Of a stretch of 60,485 nucleotides of DNA, positions 27,269 to 39,894 are shown piece after piece. Made by a program: the position numbers and the translations under genes. Position 1 is the stretch's first letter. The number at the start of each line of letters is the position of its first letter. The notes under the pieces were generated by a model. The model ran no database searches. It had not been told where the DNA came from and saw only the letters and a list, made by a program, of their open reading frames with translations. This DNA is from Rhynchobatus australiae (Eukaryota): the NCBI GenBank assembly GCA_034780895.1, contig JAUZTB010000070.1, positions 5,639,353 to 5,699,837 of the forward strand, given 5' to 3'.

Positions 27269-27301
27269 GAGGGCAGGTCCCTGGAATGACTACGGTTGAT
27301 C
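27269..27301 (-). CDS. Candidate 33-nt micro-exon: (G)STVVIPGTCP
   Basis: Acceptor ctagtttcccctcccag, consensus donor C|gtaagt, phase 1 to 1, no stop. Confidence 0.65.
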
Positions 27302-30300
27302 CTGGGAGGGGAAACTAGGGTTCCGCCGAGACACAGAGGCCAAGGATGGATGAAGGCAAAGTGGAGTCCACAACAAGACTCCCAAGGCTTTTTCTACCAA
27401 CCAGACCCTCAGCTCGAATTCCGAGGTGTGTTGGATCTGATTATGAAGGTATCATCGCACATTGTCCTATCTCCAACAGCATCACCTAGTTAAAGAGGCA
27501 CATTCAGCATTCTTCAATATTTTATTAACTAATTTAATGAAAAAAACATGAAATTATCTTTCTCTCGGGTTGCGGGCAGCTGAGTCCTGGAGATTAACTG
27601 TCTGGGAGGTTTGGTAACCTGTCCCAACCCTGTCCCAGCCCCACTGATTTTGCTGTCAACTCTGCTGAAGCTAATATTCCAGGTGGCACTCTGGGCTCTG
27701 CTTCCGGTTCCTTGCTGTGCCACGAGCTGACCATGTCGTAGACCATTGACGCTGCCCCTTCCTCATGGTGTCTTGTCATATGCCAATGAGCAGCAGCAGC
27801 TCCAGCTCCTCCCTCACGCCGTAGCCCAGGGACACTGCAGTCACATGCAGCCTTTCTGTGGGACCCACTTGAATCATCTGACTGAGCACAGAGTGTGGAC
27901 TGACTGGGTCAGCCTGTGTTGGCAGCCATAATCCTGTCACTGAAGAGTGCTACATTGCTGCATAGATGGGGCAATGACCTCAGAGAATCTACCACTTGNN
28001 NNNNNNNNNNNNNNNNNNNNNNNNNNNNNNNNNNNNNNNNNNNNNNNNNNNNNNNNNNNNNNNNNNNNNNNNNNNNNNNNNNNNNNNNNNNNNNNNNNAC
28101 CACTTGTCTGCTGCCACACATTTAAGTACAGCCCTGGGCTGTGCCATACAAACACAGCTGGCTGTCCCCTGTCATTAGCTGCACTCCAGGTGACCCAGGT
28201 GTAAGAGGAGATGGGCTTTGCCCTCAAGTTGAATCCTTTCTCAAAGTCTTGTAAATGGAGGTCACCGAGTCAATAGCTTTGCTTACGTGGTCGATAATAC
28301 CACTTCTGGTTAGTTTGGATTTGTTCACCTGCACTGGATTAATGATTAGTTGTGCCTATTTTAAAAGACAACTTTTAAAAGATGGTTGGACAGGTGCAAG
28401 GACAGGCAAGGCTCAGAGGAATATCGGCCAAACGTAGACAAATGGGACGAGCTTGATGGGCACCTCGGTCAGCATGGACACATTGGGCTGAAGGGCCTGT
28501 TTCTGCGCTGTATGATTCTATTTAAATCCAGCTAACGTTCTGTCATCAGACCTGGAGGGAATGAATGATCCTTGATGCCCCGCATATGCTGCCAGGAAAC
28601 CCACTGACAAACAAACCCTGCCGATTGCTTCTCCCCCCAGTCGCACATTTTACCGCAATGTGTTAACACAAAGTGCTACCATGTACTGCCAAACCTGGAT
28701 GGTGAGACACCTTTCTCGAGGAATTCAAAAATGCACCAAATGATTGGTTCAAATTAATGTCAAGTGGTTTCCAGCTTTATACCCATAACATGGACATCCA
28801 CAACCAATGCATCCTAGATCCAGCAGGCACTTCCTTCAAATGCATGATACTTCTCAAATTGGATTTGCATAATAACTTTGCAATATTGTGGAACCTTTAT
28901 TCTATGATGAGATCTACTGTAACACCTGCATCTTTATGGGGACGAATGGGCGTGCCTTGTTTTATGCTACATTTTTCTCTGTAGTCATCTTTAGTGGCCA
29001 ACAGATGAGCTAGTAACCTGCTTCTGCCCCTTTGGACCCGCTGTTTTCCAGCAGACCAGTGGGGGTGTGCGGGCTGGGTCCCTCTCTCTTCGTTCACAGC
29101 ACAGTTAGGTTGATGATTCNNNNNNNNNNNNNNNNNNNNNNNNNNNNNNNNNNNNNNNNNNNNNNNNNNNNNNNNNNNNNNNNNNNNNNNNNNNNNNNNN
29201 NNNNNNNNNNNNNNNNNNNNNNNNNNNNNNNNNNNNNNNNNNNNNNNNNNNNNNNNNNNNNNNNNNNNNNNNNNNNNNNNNNNNNNNAGATTTAACATTT
29301 GGTTAGGGATCATATTTCTTAGGCACTGATAAAAACACCCCAGCTAATCATGTGTCACATTAAAAACCTACACATTTTAATATTTGATTAAAGGTTAGAT
29401 TTAAATGTGCTTCAATTTATAATTATAACATCTGTTGAAGGATATGACAGAGACGTTCACACTGGTTGAATTTACAGCTGCGAATTTTCCATCTTCCCAC
29501 TAGCATGCCTTGAATGACAGGTCTGGTACACAAAACAGGTTGCCACTCCCTCTCTTTGGGAAGTGGCTAGGAGATTGGCAAGTGTGGTACAAGCCGGCAC
29601 AACTTCTGTCAGTCCCAGAAATACCCTGCCTGTGTAAAAGCAGGAACATTATAACTCTTGCAGTTAAGGTTTCCAACATGGAATTGGCATTGCCAGAGAC
29701 TGCTGGCAGTGTTGTTGCTCTTCCTTCTCTTCCTCAACCTTTCCTCCCCTTCCCTCATGCCTTCTTGCTCCTGCCCTCTCACTCCTGCTCCTTTCCTCCT
29801 TCCCCCTTCCCATTGTCTCTCCCCTCTTCCCGCTACACTCCCACTGCCTCTCCCTGCAGCACCAGCAGTAGTGCTTTGACACTTGTGGCTGCTGAGGCTT
29901 TTTGTGGGCAGACATTGTGCTGACTTGCTGGGATAGATTCCTCCCAATGGTTCCTGGAAGCTCCTGCCCAGAGGATTACTGCGTGGTCGGTCTGAATTTA
30001 TCTCAGTGATCAACATCCAGAGTCATTCTGGGGCCACTCAGATTTGATCCTGACAGTACAGGTGGACAAAAGACTAATCTGTTCCAAAAAGGATTGCTCC
30101 CATTTCTAACCAGTGGTTTTCATGGACTCCTGGTGTCCGATTAAAATGAGATGTGCTGCGATTTCATTCCGTGACGTCTGACAATCCTTTCAAGGCACCA
30201 ATGAAGGGACTGCATCTCAATTTAGACTATAGGCTGCTTCAATCAGAATTTGGGCTTGCAAGTTGATGTTGAGACTGGTGGCACTTCCATGGAGTTTAAA

Positions 30301-30713
30301 CTGGCTTCTAAGTGCAGGTGGGAGAAATGGGAAGGGGGGGTGGTGGTGGAATCAGAAGCCCAACGGAGGGTTTTCCATTGAAAGTTCCCCTGCTCTAGGG
30401 AAATACACTTACATTGTGTCCCCTGCAAAGCGGTTTTCCTTGTTCAATCTTCCCCCTGAATTCAGGACCACTGGCTCAAAATAACACCGTAACCAAAACA
30501 TCAGAGTGTCAACACCAGAAAGGCACAATAACAATGTCTGAGCCTCTGTGGCATCACCACCCCTCTTCTTCTTCATTCTCGAACAGTTCAGGGTTCAGTG
30601 GAGTCAGACTCAGCTAAAGCTGTGGCCTTCACCAAACATTGATAAATAAAACCATAGATCCCTTTAGATTATTTCAACCATATGGACAGAGAGCACAGTT
30701 GCTGCATCTTTAC

Positions 30714-30826
30714 CTGGCGTCTGAAAGTTGATGCGTCTCATTTCGACCGGGTCCATGGGGTGATGGGATGGCACTTCTGCGTTGTTGAGGAGACACTTGG
30801 TTCTGGGATCACTTTCTTTGCGTTTT
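30714..30826 (-). CDS. PTPRS: Juxtamembrane exon, 113 nt: (R)[37 protein letters not shown]
   Basis: aatgacag acceptor, G|gtaaag donor; [10 protein letters not shown] and [13 protein letters not shown] are PTPRS-type; phase 2 to 1. Confidence 0.96.
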
Positions 30827-31084
30827 CTGTCATTGGAGTGAAATGGGTACAAGTTTGGTTAAGGATCTGCCAAGATCATCGTTTACTTATGAATCTGTGC
30901 AGCCAAGAGCTGAACACATGGGCCACTGGTGTGTGCGGGTTGTGCTTATCATAGAAGCACAAGAAAGTAGGAGCNNNNNNNNNNNNNNNNNNNNNNNNNN
31001 NNNNNNNNNNNNNNNNNNNNNNNNNNNNNNNNNNNNNNNNNNNNNNNNNNNNNNNNNNNNNNNNNNNNNNNNNNTGCTTATCAT

Positions 31085-31435
31085 AGAAGCACAAGAAAGT
31101 AGGAGCAAAAGTAGGCCACTTGGCCCCTCAAGCCTGCCCTACCATTCAATATGATCATGGCTGATCTATGCACGCCTTAACTCCTATTCTGAGCCAGTTC
31201 CCCAGAACCTTCAGATCCCCAGATCTTTTAAAGATGTATCTGCTTCCTCCTGCAATACCCTCAATGATCTGGCCTCCACAGCACCTAAGGGTAGAGAATT
31301 CCAGAGATGGACCTCAGTTTTAAATGACCACCCACTAATCCCTTCATTTGAGATTCTCCCACTGGTGGAAACTTCTCGATATCTACCCTGTTATGCTTCC
31401 TAAGTATCTTATATGTCCCAATAAGATCACCTATC
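31085..31435 (-). mobile_element. CR1-type LINE 3' end
   Basis: aagtaggagcaaaagtaggccacttggcccctcaagcctg...ggtagagaattccagagat. Confidence 0.7.
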
Positions 31436-31944
31436 AACATTAATGTTTCAAAAACTGCTCCAAGTTCAGCACCAAACTCTCATCTGAAAGACCTAGCATG
31501 GTAGCTTCTAATTAAAGCTCTCAGGAGCAATGTATTTTGCTCTTTCTTAAACCTGGTTTACCGAGCCTCATCGAGTATAATTTTGTGCTGAATGGAGCAG
31601 AGCTGAGCTTGCCCAGGTTCATTTCACAATGATCAAAACAGTCATGGGACAGATTAAATCTCTCTCCAAAGCAGCAAGTGAATGTCCTCTACTTAATGCA
31701 CTGTGCCATCTAATTGCCCCACTAGATAGATCGTGTGAAGCTTCATTCCTCTCAGTTATACTTAGACAGGTACGTGGATAGAAAAGGTTCAGAGAGAAAT
31801 AGGCCAAATGCAGGCAAATGGGACTAGTTTGGATACCTTGGTCAGCATGGACGAGTTGGGCTGAATGGCCTTTTTCTGTGCTGCATAACTCTATGGCTCA
31901 ATTTATCAACCTCAGAAAAGATTAAAACAAAGGATTAGATCTTA

Positions 31945-32315
31945 GAGTCACAGAGTCATGGAGACATACAGCATGGAACAGGTCCTTCAGCTCACTGAGT
32001 CCATGTTGATTATCAACCACTTACACTACATTACACTAATCCTACATTAATCCCATTCTGTTTTATCCTTCCCACATTCTCATCAACTCACCCCATATCC
32101 CACCACTCACCTTCATACTCGGGGCAATTTACAGCAGTCAATTAACCTAACAGCCTGCACGTCTTTGGGATTTGGGAAGAAACCGAAGCACCCAGAGGAA
32201 ACCCATGTGATCACAGGCAGCACAAACTCCACACAGACAACACCAGATGTCAGGATTGAACCCGGGTCTCTGGCACCGTGAGGCAGCGATTCTGTGAGAT
32301 GTACCACTGTGACCC
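31945..32315 (-). mobile_element. tRNA-derived V-domain SINE with CR1-like tail
   Basis: gaaaccgaagcacccagaggaaaccc and ggattgaacccgggtc (B box on minus strand). Confidence 0.8.
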
Positions 32316-32568
32316 CACGGAATGTGAATCTTGAAATGTGTTTGAATCAAGACTCAGTCCTGTAGTCGTGACAAGCGCTGAGGGGTGACGTAGCGAGGTT
32401 GTGTTTACCCGACTGTGCAATTACCTTTGCTTATAATTTATAACAGTAAAATGAAAATAATTTCGGAATCCAAGGAAAACCAGTTAAAATAAAACAAGTT
32501 ATTCATTGTTTTAACCTTTCAAAATGATAGAGAATTATTTGGAACGCTGGATTAAAGTGGCTGCTTAC

Positions 32569-32580
32569 CTGTCGGGCTTG
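32569..32580 (-). CDS. PTPRS: 12-nt micro-exon (meC type), CAAGCCCGACAG, giving YK-N-KPD-R-KRK
   Basis: ggacag acceptor, AG|gtaagc donor; phase 2 to 2; restores the KPD insert known from PTPRS/PTPRD isoforms. Confidence 0.88.
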
Positions 32581-34464
32581 CTGTCCGTGATGAGTGCATT
32601 AAAGGAAAGATAAGAACTATGTAAGTGCTTCAATATAAACGTTAATGGTTCACACGCGTTAAGAGCAGCACCACCCTTTGACTAATTAACCCAATTATCC
32701 TCTAATAATGCTGGCAAGTTTGGATACTGTGACTCAATTTAGAATGAAAACTAACTGTCAGTAATTCTAAAGGGCAGGGTGATAGATCCTAGGATTAAGG
32801 GACTCAATGTTGAGGAGCAGGGCTGGAGAATTAGCTACAGTGTGTGCTAAAAGATAAAAGGTCAATGCCTATAGGTGGAGTATTAATGTTTTAATTTTAT
32901 GCCATTCTACCAAGTGAATTAATTTAAGTAACATATTGATAACCTTGCTCATTGGATCCAGTAATTGTGACTAACAAACAAATACTCCTTTCTATACTCC
33001 AAACTATATTCCTGTCTGAACTCTTCACTCCAGAAACCTCCTTATGTGTTTACAGCCAGCACCTTACAAGCTCTCACAGCGTGGTGCTTCTGCAAGGTCT
33101 TTGGTTTTTGCTTATGGGTGTTTGGATAAAATTGCAAAATAGTTTCTTTCAGATATTCCGTTAAGTNNNNNNNNNNNNNNNNNNNNNNNNNNNNNNNNNN
33201 NNNNNNNNAAACCAAAACAAGTACTGCCATTGGCGGTGCTTTCAAGTCTGCGTTAGCTGATCTCAGCTTGGAAGTCCATGATGGATTGATGCCTGCCTGA
33301 TGCCTGAAGGGTGTGTCGACTGGTTGCAGCCCGATAACATCCACTTTCCAGGAGGGATGGATGCATAAAGTACATATATCAAGGGCTCACAAGAGGCAGA
33401 GAAAAAGCACCACCGCCACAAGGCCATGCAACTCTAGGCTCCTTCAACAATGCAAGCTGAATTCTTCATTGTGTTATTAAAATAACTCCACCAATCCCCT
33501 CATGCATCGAGAAATCTGTACACCACCAACTCAACTCTCTTATGCAATCCCCTCTTCCTTCAAGTCACCAATCATGGCCAGGGTTACAACCTAGTCAGAA
33601 AATGTCCTCACTGCCTGCCTCTCCTCCATAACACCCCTCCCTTTGAAAAGCTTCTCCTGTTTTGGCTCAGTCGTTTCTTTCTCTCGGGTTATTCTCCTGT
33701 GAAGCACCTTGGGGCATTTTACCATGATGAACGAGCTTCATTACTTCACCTTACTGATGTAGAGCAACCCAAGAGCTTTGTGGTTAATGGCAGAGCAACT
33801 GCATCACACAATGCCCCCAATTCACATCGCAAACAGCAATTAAGATTTTGTAAAAATTTGCAAGTTTGAGATGATGACAAGGACGGATTAATTTTTAAAA
33901 CCAGAAAGAGTAATTTGAGGGCTTTCTGCTGCAGAGAGAATGAATAGATATTGTATTGTGTTTACAGAGTTGGTACCAACTTGTGCCAAGTCTTTTGGTG
34001 AAGGCCCTGGCTTACTTTGGTTGCAAATATTATTCCAGCCTCATTAAATGGCTGAATATTAATTAATAATAGGTCAGTTATTTTAATTAAAAGTTATTTA
34101 CAATATTATTGTTTCATTATAAAAATATGACAGCTGCAAAGAAGAAGGATCACTTAAGCCATCACTGTGAACTGTGTATGACCAACATCAGGTTCAGCTT
34201 AGATTTGCTCTGTGCCCCTCCTCTCCACCCCACCAGGTCACTAGCTGCCAGGCACTCCGTTCTGTGGCTTATTCTGACAGAATGGCTGACTGGGTAACGC
34301 GGAGGAAACCAAACATCACCCACAGATTGGGATGCCATGGACAGTCAGCGCCTGCTGTATGAGGTGGGGATTGAGGGAAAGATTTAGAAGCACAATTCTC
34401 TTCTTCACACAACCTGTCAAGGTTCATGTGTTAGCCTGGACTCTAACTGTCAGTATTACCCCAT

Positions 34465-34908
34465 TACCTCAGATAGGTTGAATGAGCTCGGGCTTTTCTC
34501 TTTGGAGCGAAGGAGGATGAGAGGTGACTTGATAGAGGTCTACAAGATGATAAGAGGCACAGATCGAGTGGACAGTCAGACACTTTTTCCCAAGGGTGAA
34601 GATGGCCAACGTGAGGGGGCATAATTTTAAGGTGATTGGAGGAAGGTATAAGGGGGTTGTCAGGGGTAAGTTTTTTTACACAGAGAGTGGTGGATGCATG
34701 GAACACACTGCCGGCAGAGGTTGTGGGGGCAGATATATCAGGGTCATTTAAGAGACTCTTAGATAGGCACATGAATGACAGAAAAGTGGAGGGCTATGTG
34801 GGAGGGAAGGGTTAGATAAATATTGGAGCTGGATAAAATGTTGGCACAACTTTGTGGGCTGAAGGGCCTGTACTGTGCTGTAATGTTCTATGTTCCATGC
34901 ATGTTCTA
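34465..34908 (+). mobile_element. CR1-type LINE 3' end, well preserved
   Basis: ttttctctttggagcgaaggaggatgagaggtgacttgatagaggtctacaag...gggctgaagggcctgtactgtgctgtaatgttctatg. Confidence 0.88.
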
Positions 34909-35070
34909 TGTACTTTCATTTCTTTGTGTGTTGTCTTGGGGATCACNNNNNNNNNNNNNNNNNNNNNNNNNNNNNNNNNGTGACCTTAATAATTCCCAAC
35001 GTTATTGCTTATCCACCAATGTTCCAGTCTACCTGACCCACCCTAAACATTTTAATTGAGATTCTCTTAC

Positions 35071-35231
35071 TTTTTGTACAGTAGAATGGCGATTACAATG
35101 CAGATGATGAAGACCACTGCCAGCACTGGGCCCACCACCCAGATCAGGCCCTCTTCTCCGTCGATGATAGGCTGTGGGTCAGGGTCTGCTGATAGGATGG
35201 GGTCAGAGTATGGACTCGCTGCAAACATCTT
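35071..35231 (-). CDS. PTPRS: Transmembrane exon, 161 nt: [53 protein letters not shown]
   Basis: ttattgcag acceptor, AA|gtaaga donor; TM segment near-identical to PTPRS/PTPRD; phase 0 to 2. Confidence 0.97.
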
Positions 35232-35720
35232 CTGCAATAACAATGAAAGAGCAAAGAACTCTTGGAATTCATTAACTGCTCATTAATTGCTTTATGATAA
35301 ACATTACTTGGAGGCTTTCATTAATAAATCAGAGCAGAAGTAAAGGAAGATTCCCGAAAAATTCATCTACAGTTGAAAGTTGAAAATTCACCTCCAGTAG
35401 AACTCGACGCATAGTCACTACTACACAATGTGTTTAATGCTACTCACTGGGGATAAATGGTGAGGCTAAAACCTCTGGAATACCTTCCCAAGAGCTCACA
35501 ACAGCTCACAAAGTCTAAAGAAGTTATTTATGGTCAAAAGGAGAACATAGCTGGTGTGGAAAATTGCAGCTGGTGATGTTCACACTCAAATCTAATACCT
35601 CTGCTGCAGTCAAAGTCAAAGTCAAATTCGAGTTTGTTGTCATATGCACAAGTATATGTGTGCAAAAGTGCAAAGAAAAACTTCTTTGCAGCTGCATCAC
35701 AAGCACATAGCATCAGGGCA

Positions 35721-36020
35721 GGCACAGTAGTGCAGCAGCTAGTGTAACGCTATAACAGCGCCAATGACCCAGGTTCAATTCCGGCCGCTGTCTGTAAGGA
35801 GTTTGTACGTTCTCGCCGTGTCAATGTGGGTTTCCTCCGGGTGCTCCGGTTTCCTCCCACATCCCAAAGACGTACGGGTTAGGAAGTTGTGGGCATGCTT
35901 TGTTGGCGCTGGAAACATGGTGACACTTGTGGGCTGTCCCCAGAACACTCTACACAAAAGGTGCATTTCACTGTGTGTTTCGATGAACATGTGACTAATA
36001 AAGAAAGCTTATCTTATCTT
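35721..36020 (+). mobile_element. tRNA-derived V-domain SINE, full length
   Basis: B box ggttcaattcc; (atctt)n tail; same family as 15785. Confidence 0.9.
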
Positions 36021-36743
36021 AAAAGATGTCAGGCAGGTTGGAGGGGAGGGGAATTTCACAAAAGTGTGCTAAGTTTTTCACATATAAAGTAGTATTTAGC
36101 TTTTGGACTCTATAGTCAAGTCCCAGAGGGCAGGTTTGCTCTTTCACTGGCATCCAGCACTGAGAGATCTCTCAAAAATCAATGTAAGCTGCTTAAATGT
36201 GTATAAAAAAAATTGGCTTCAACACAAAAGGGTTGAGAGAATGTGGGACACACTGACCCCAAGGGCAGAGACGAAGAATCAAGATGGATATCCGGCTGGG
36301 AAGTACGCCTGCTATGGGATATGGCAAAACAGTGGTGAAAGCCTGTTTTATCAGAAAAAGGGCACAGCAATTTGTAGATCCTTCTGCAAAGAAAGAAATG
36401 TACCATCCAATTAGGCTTGATTTTTAGCTGTTCCTTAGATCAGATCAAAAATAATTATTGATATATCCAATATGAAATGCAGAGAAAACATCCAGTGAAG
36501 TGTGGAGCTTACTACAAGGAGTCTTGAGATAGATAGCACACTCTTATTTACAGTGAAGTCAGATAAAATCACAACGGGCAAAGGGACTGATAGGGAATGG
36601 TGAAGCAGGGAGGGAGACAGTGATACCGACCACATGGGAAACTTGTCTTGTTTCTGTGTGGTGCACACTGTGTAATTCTCTGCAACACAAAATGGTGGAG
36701 GACAGTGGTGACTGCAGGACTTCATATCTGCCTGCTTTTGGAG

Positions 36744-37040
36744 AGATAAGATTTCTTTATTAGTTACATGGATATCGAAACATAGAGTGACACACATCTT
36801 TTGCGTAGAGTGTTCTTGGGGGCAGCCCGCAAGTGTCGCCACGCTTCCAGCGCCAACACAACATGTCCACAACTTCCTAACCCCCACGTCTTTGGAATGT
36901 GGGAGGAAACCGGAGCACCCGGAGGAAACCCGCACAGTCACAGGGAGAATGTACAAACTCCTTACAGACAGAGGCGGGAATTGAACCCGGGTCACTGGCG
37001 CTGTAATAGCATTACGCTAACTGTTATGCTACAGTGCCGC
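36744..37040 (-). mobile_element. tRNA-derived V-domain SINE, full length, inverted relative to the 35721 copy
   Basis: Reverse complement of the 15785/35721 family. Confidence 0.9.
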
Positions 37041-37749
37041 CCAATGCATGTACGTCATTAACGTCAGGACCCAATGTGTTCACGTTGGGCACGTAGCCTC
37101 ACATCATATGTATTGTTTAGGTGACTGCTGGGAGATCCTCTGTCTGCATTTGCCCTGCCCTGTGCTCACCACACACAGCATCCACTCGGGCTGACTAAAA
37201 CCCAACCTCAAGTAGTATTGCTGAATTATCAATATATTGCATTTTATCTGAAACCAAAAGTTCATGCTCAAACATTTGACTCATATACCTTGTAAAACAA
37301 GCTGCTGTTACCATTTGGTGAATTAAATAGAGATAATGGAAAATTTTCCTTGGATTCAATCCAACTGCAATTAACTCAAGCAGCTTGGCTATCCCCCAGA
37401 GTGGTGGGGATGACTACAGCCACTCCAAGTGAGGTTGAAGGAACAACGTAACCATCTCTGGTCAACCTGAAATCTGAATGGTTATGATTTGGAAGAGTAT
37501 GTCTCATTAATTTTGAGCACTATTACAGTCAAGGTGCAGATGGTCACTGTTCTATCGTTGCTGGTCACTCTTCATAAACCTGGACCCAATGCAACTAAAT
37601 ATGTCCATGTCCAAAACTTCTAAAACACCCTGTAAAGCCCACCTATTCGAGCAGACTTTCGGTTGCCTATCTCCATATCTATCCTTATCTTTGACTAGTG
37701 CAAGCCATCATTTAGTTGGCAGGTTTCTCCACTGAAGAGACGTGAACAC

Positions 37750-38047
37750 AAAGATGTAGGCTGATGCACCAATGCATGACAGATGGAATACTGCACTCTT
37801 TCAGGTGGTTAAACCAAGGCCGTAGCTCTCCCTCAGCTGGACAAAAAAGATCACATGGTACCACGTGAAGGGAAGCAAAGCAGTTATCCCAGAATCCTTA
37901 ACAACATTTCAATAAACATTGTTAAAACAGAATAGCTGGCCATTGTTCCATTACCATTTGTGGGAACTCAATGCAAAGATGGGTTGCTTTTCCTGCCTTA
38001 CAACTTTGAGGTCATGGGAAGTGCTGAGAAATGCAAAGCTTTATTTA
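37750..38047 (+). mobile_element. Old Deu-domain-like SINE fragment
   Basis: gttaaaccaaggcc...aaagatcacatgg...ctggccattg...tttgtggga; related to 50015-50290. Confidence 0.45.
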
Positions 38048-38574
38048 AGTGGATTGGACTCAATTTCTGTTTGATACTCCTCTGGAGATGGGGCTTGAGA
38101 AGTTTTACTATGTTAAAGGTGATAAATTAATGTTACTTTTGTTGAAAACCACAGCCAACAGAACGTAAGCCTCCCCAACAAAGTTCTGGGTTGCAGAAGA
38201 CCTGACTTATGGAAAACCGACTTCATGCAAATTCTCTCAGGTGCAGTCTCTTCACCAGGACAGTGCAGAGATCACCCATCGAAAAGCCAAAGCCGCCTCC
38301 AAACTCTCCTTCAGATAAGGTCAAACGTTACAAACCAGCGCACACTTTCTTTTATTAAACTGCTGATAGTTTTCTCGCTAATCAGTTCCCCTGTCACTCC
38401 ACGCGGGCTGCATTCAGACCAACATTTGTCACGGGACACTTGCTGGCAACAACTTCTATCAGCTATGGTCACACTCTCCAGCCCTCTCTTTACAAATTAG
38501 TCCCCATGGGCTGATGAGGCTAAAGATTTCACGTTACTATTTTGGGAGAAATTGTTCATTTCCGACTGGTCCCA

Positions 38575-39225
38575 CCACTCTGGACACCGTGGTTAGCAAA
38601 GCACACCAGTACCCCTACATCCTCAGAAAGCTGAGGAAATTCAGCATGTCCCTGATGATCCTCACCAAGTTTTACAGATGCACCATAGAAAATATCCTAT
38701 CTCGATACAACAGAGCTTGGTATGGCAACTGCTTTACCCAAGACGCAAGAAATTGCACAGAGTTGTAAACACAGCCCAGACTATCACGAAAACCATCCTC
38801 CCCTCCACTGACTCCATCTACACTTCCCACTGCCTCGGGAAAGCAGCCGACATAATCAAAGACTCCTCCCACCCCGGTCATCTTCTCTTCTCCACCCCTC
38901 CATCCATCGAGCAGAAGATACAAAAGCTTGAGAACACATACCACCAGGCTCAGGAACAGCTTCTATCCCGCTGTTATAAGACTCTTGAATGGATATCTTG
39001 TACAATAAAGAACTCCTGATCTCTCAATCTACCTCGTCATGGCCCTTGCACCCTATTTGACTACCGCACTGTACTTTCTCTGTAACTGTAACACTATATT
39101 CTGCATTCTGTTATTGTTTTTTCCTTTTGTACTACCTTCATGCATTTATTTAAGGAATGATCTGCCTGGATGGAATGGAAACAAGGCTTTTCACCATATC
39201 TCGGTATATGTGACAATAATAAACT
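38575..39225 (+). mobile_element. Rex1/Babar-type non-LTR retrotransposon 3' end
   Basis: KAHQYPYILRKLRKFSMSLMILTKFYRCTIENILS...WYGNC; 3' UTR ending gtgacaataataaac. Confidence 0.8.
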
Positions 39226-39537
39226 AATTAGCAATTGCGGAAAATTCAGCTTAAGGACAGTTCTCAGGAACGTATTCCTGTACTTTACCCTCAGCCTTAG
39301 TGTGGGGTCCTCTCCAGATCTCCAATCAGTGTGCTCGTTTGATTCTCTAATCCCTGTCAAGTGGCCCGTAGAAGAGATATGATATTTCTATTACCCGCTC
39401 TTAAAAGGATGAGAATAAAGGAAAACTACGAGAATGAGAATGAACCCTTGGAGGGGCTGGGGAGGGCAGGTGGGAGATCTATGATATCATTAAGGTGAGA
39501 TGTCCCCAATAGGCTTCCAATAAATTGAGTCACTCAC

Positions 39538-39759
39538 CGCTTCCGGAATGTCCAGGACACCCAGGATGAAGAAGACGTATTTGTTGCCCTCCTCCAGAGG
39601 CTTGTTTTCAAACCCACCATAAAATCGTTTGTCACCAAGAATGAACTCCTGCGGGAGAACGTCAAAGCGACCGGCGATATAGGGCTTGGCGTGGCCCAGC
39701 TGGCGGCGGAGACGGAGATGGAGACTTCTGCGCCGGCGACGCATCAGATCCTGAAGGAG
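39538..39759 (-). CDS. PTPRS: Exon, 222 nt, with proprotein convertase site: LLQDLMRRRRRSLHLRLRRQLGHAKPYIAGRF...LDIPEA
   Basis: gtaatccag acceptor, GCG|gtgagt donor; KPYIA and YGGFENK motifs; phase 0 to 0. Confidence 0.95.
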
Positions 39760-39894
39760 CTGGATTACAATGAGAAGAATTTAGCTGAACAAGTGGAATC
39801 TGGCAAAGGAACCAAGTGAAGTGAGCTCCTCATGGAGAGGAGCAATATCTGAAAACTATCAGCCCAAATGCACCAGAGGTCCCTCAGGTACAGC

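Noticed and set aside
27157-27301. Single 145-nt exon fusing the 33- and 45-nt candidates
   Set aside because: Open but not a multiple of 3, so it would frameshift the phosphatase domains
29510-30016. Overlapping 135-137-aa ORFs on both strands
   Set aside because: Low-complexity CT/GA-rich sequence with few stops; no domain
30943-31106. 32-bp direct repeat flanking a 100-N gap (shorter cases at the gaps near 25614, 27999, 13668 and 51864)
   Set aside because: Duplication sits exactly at the gap edges, typical of unmerged contig overlap rather than a TSD
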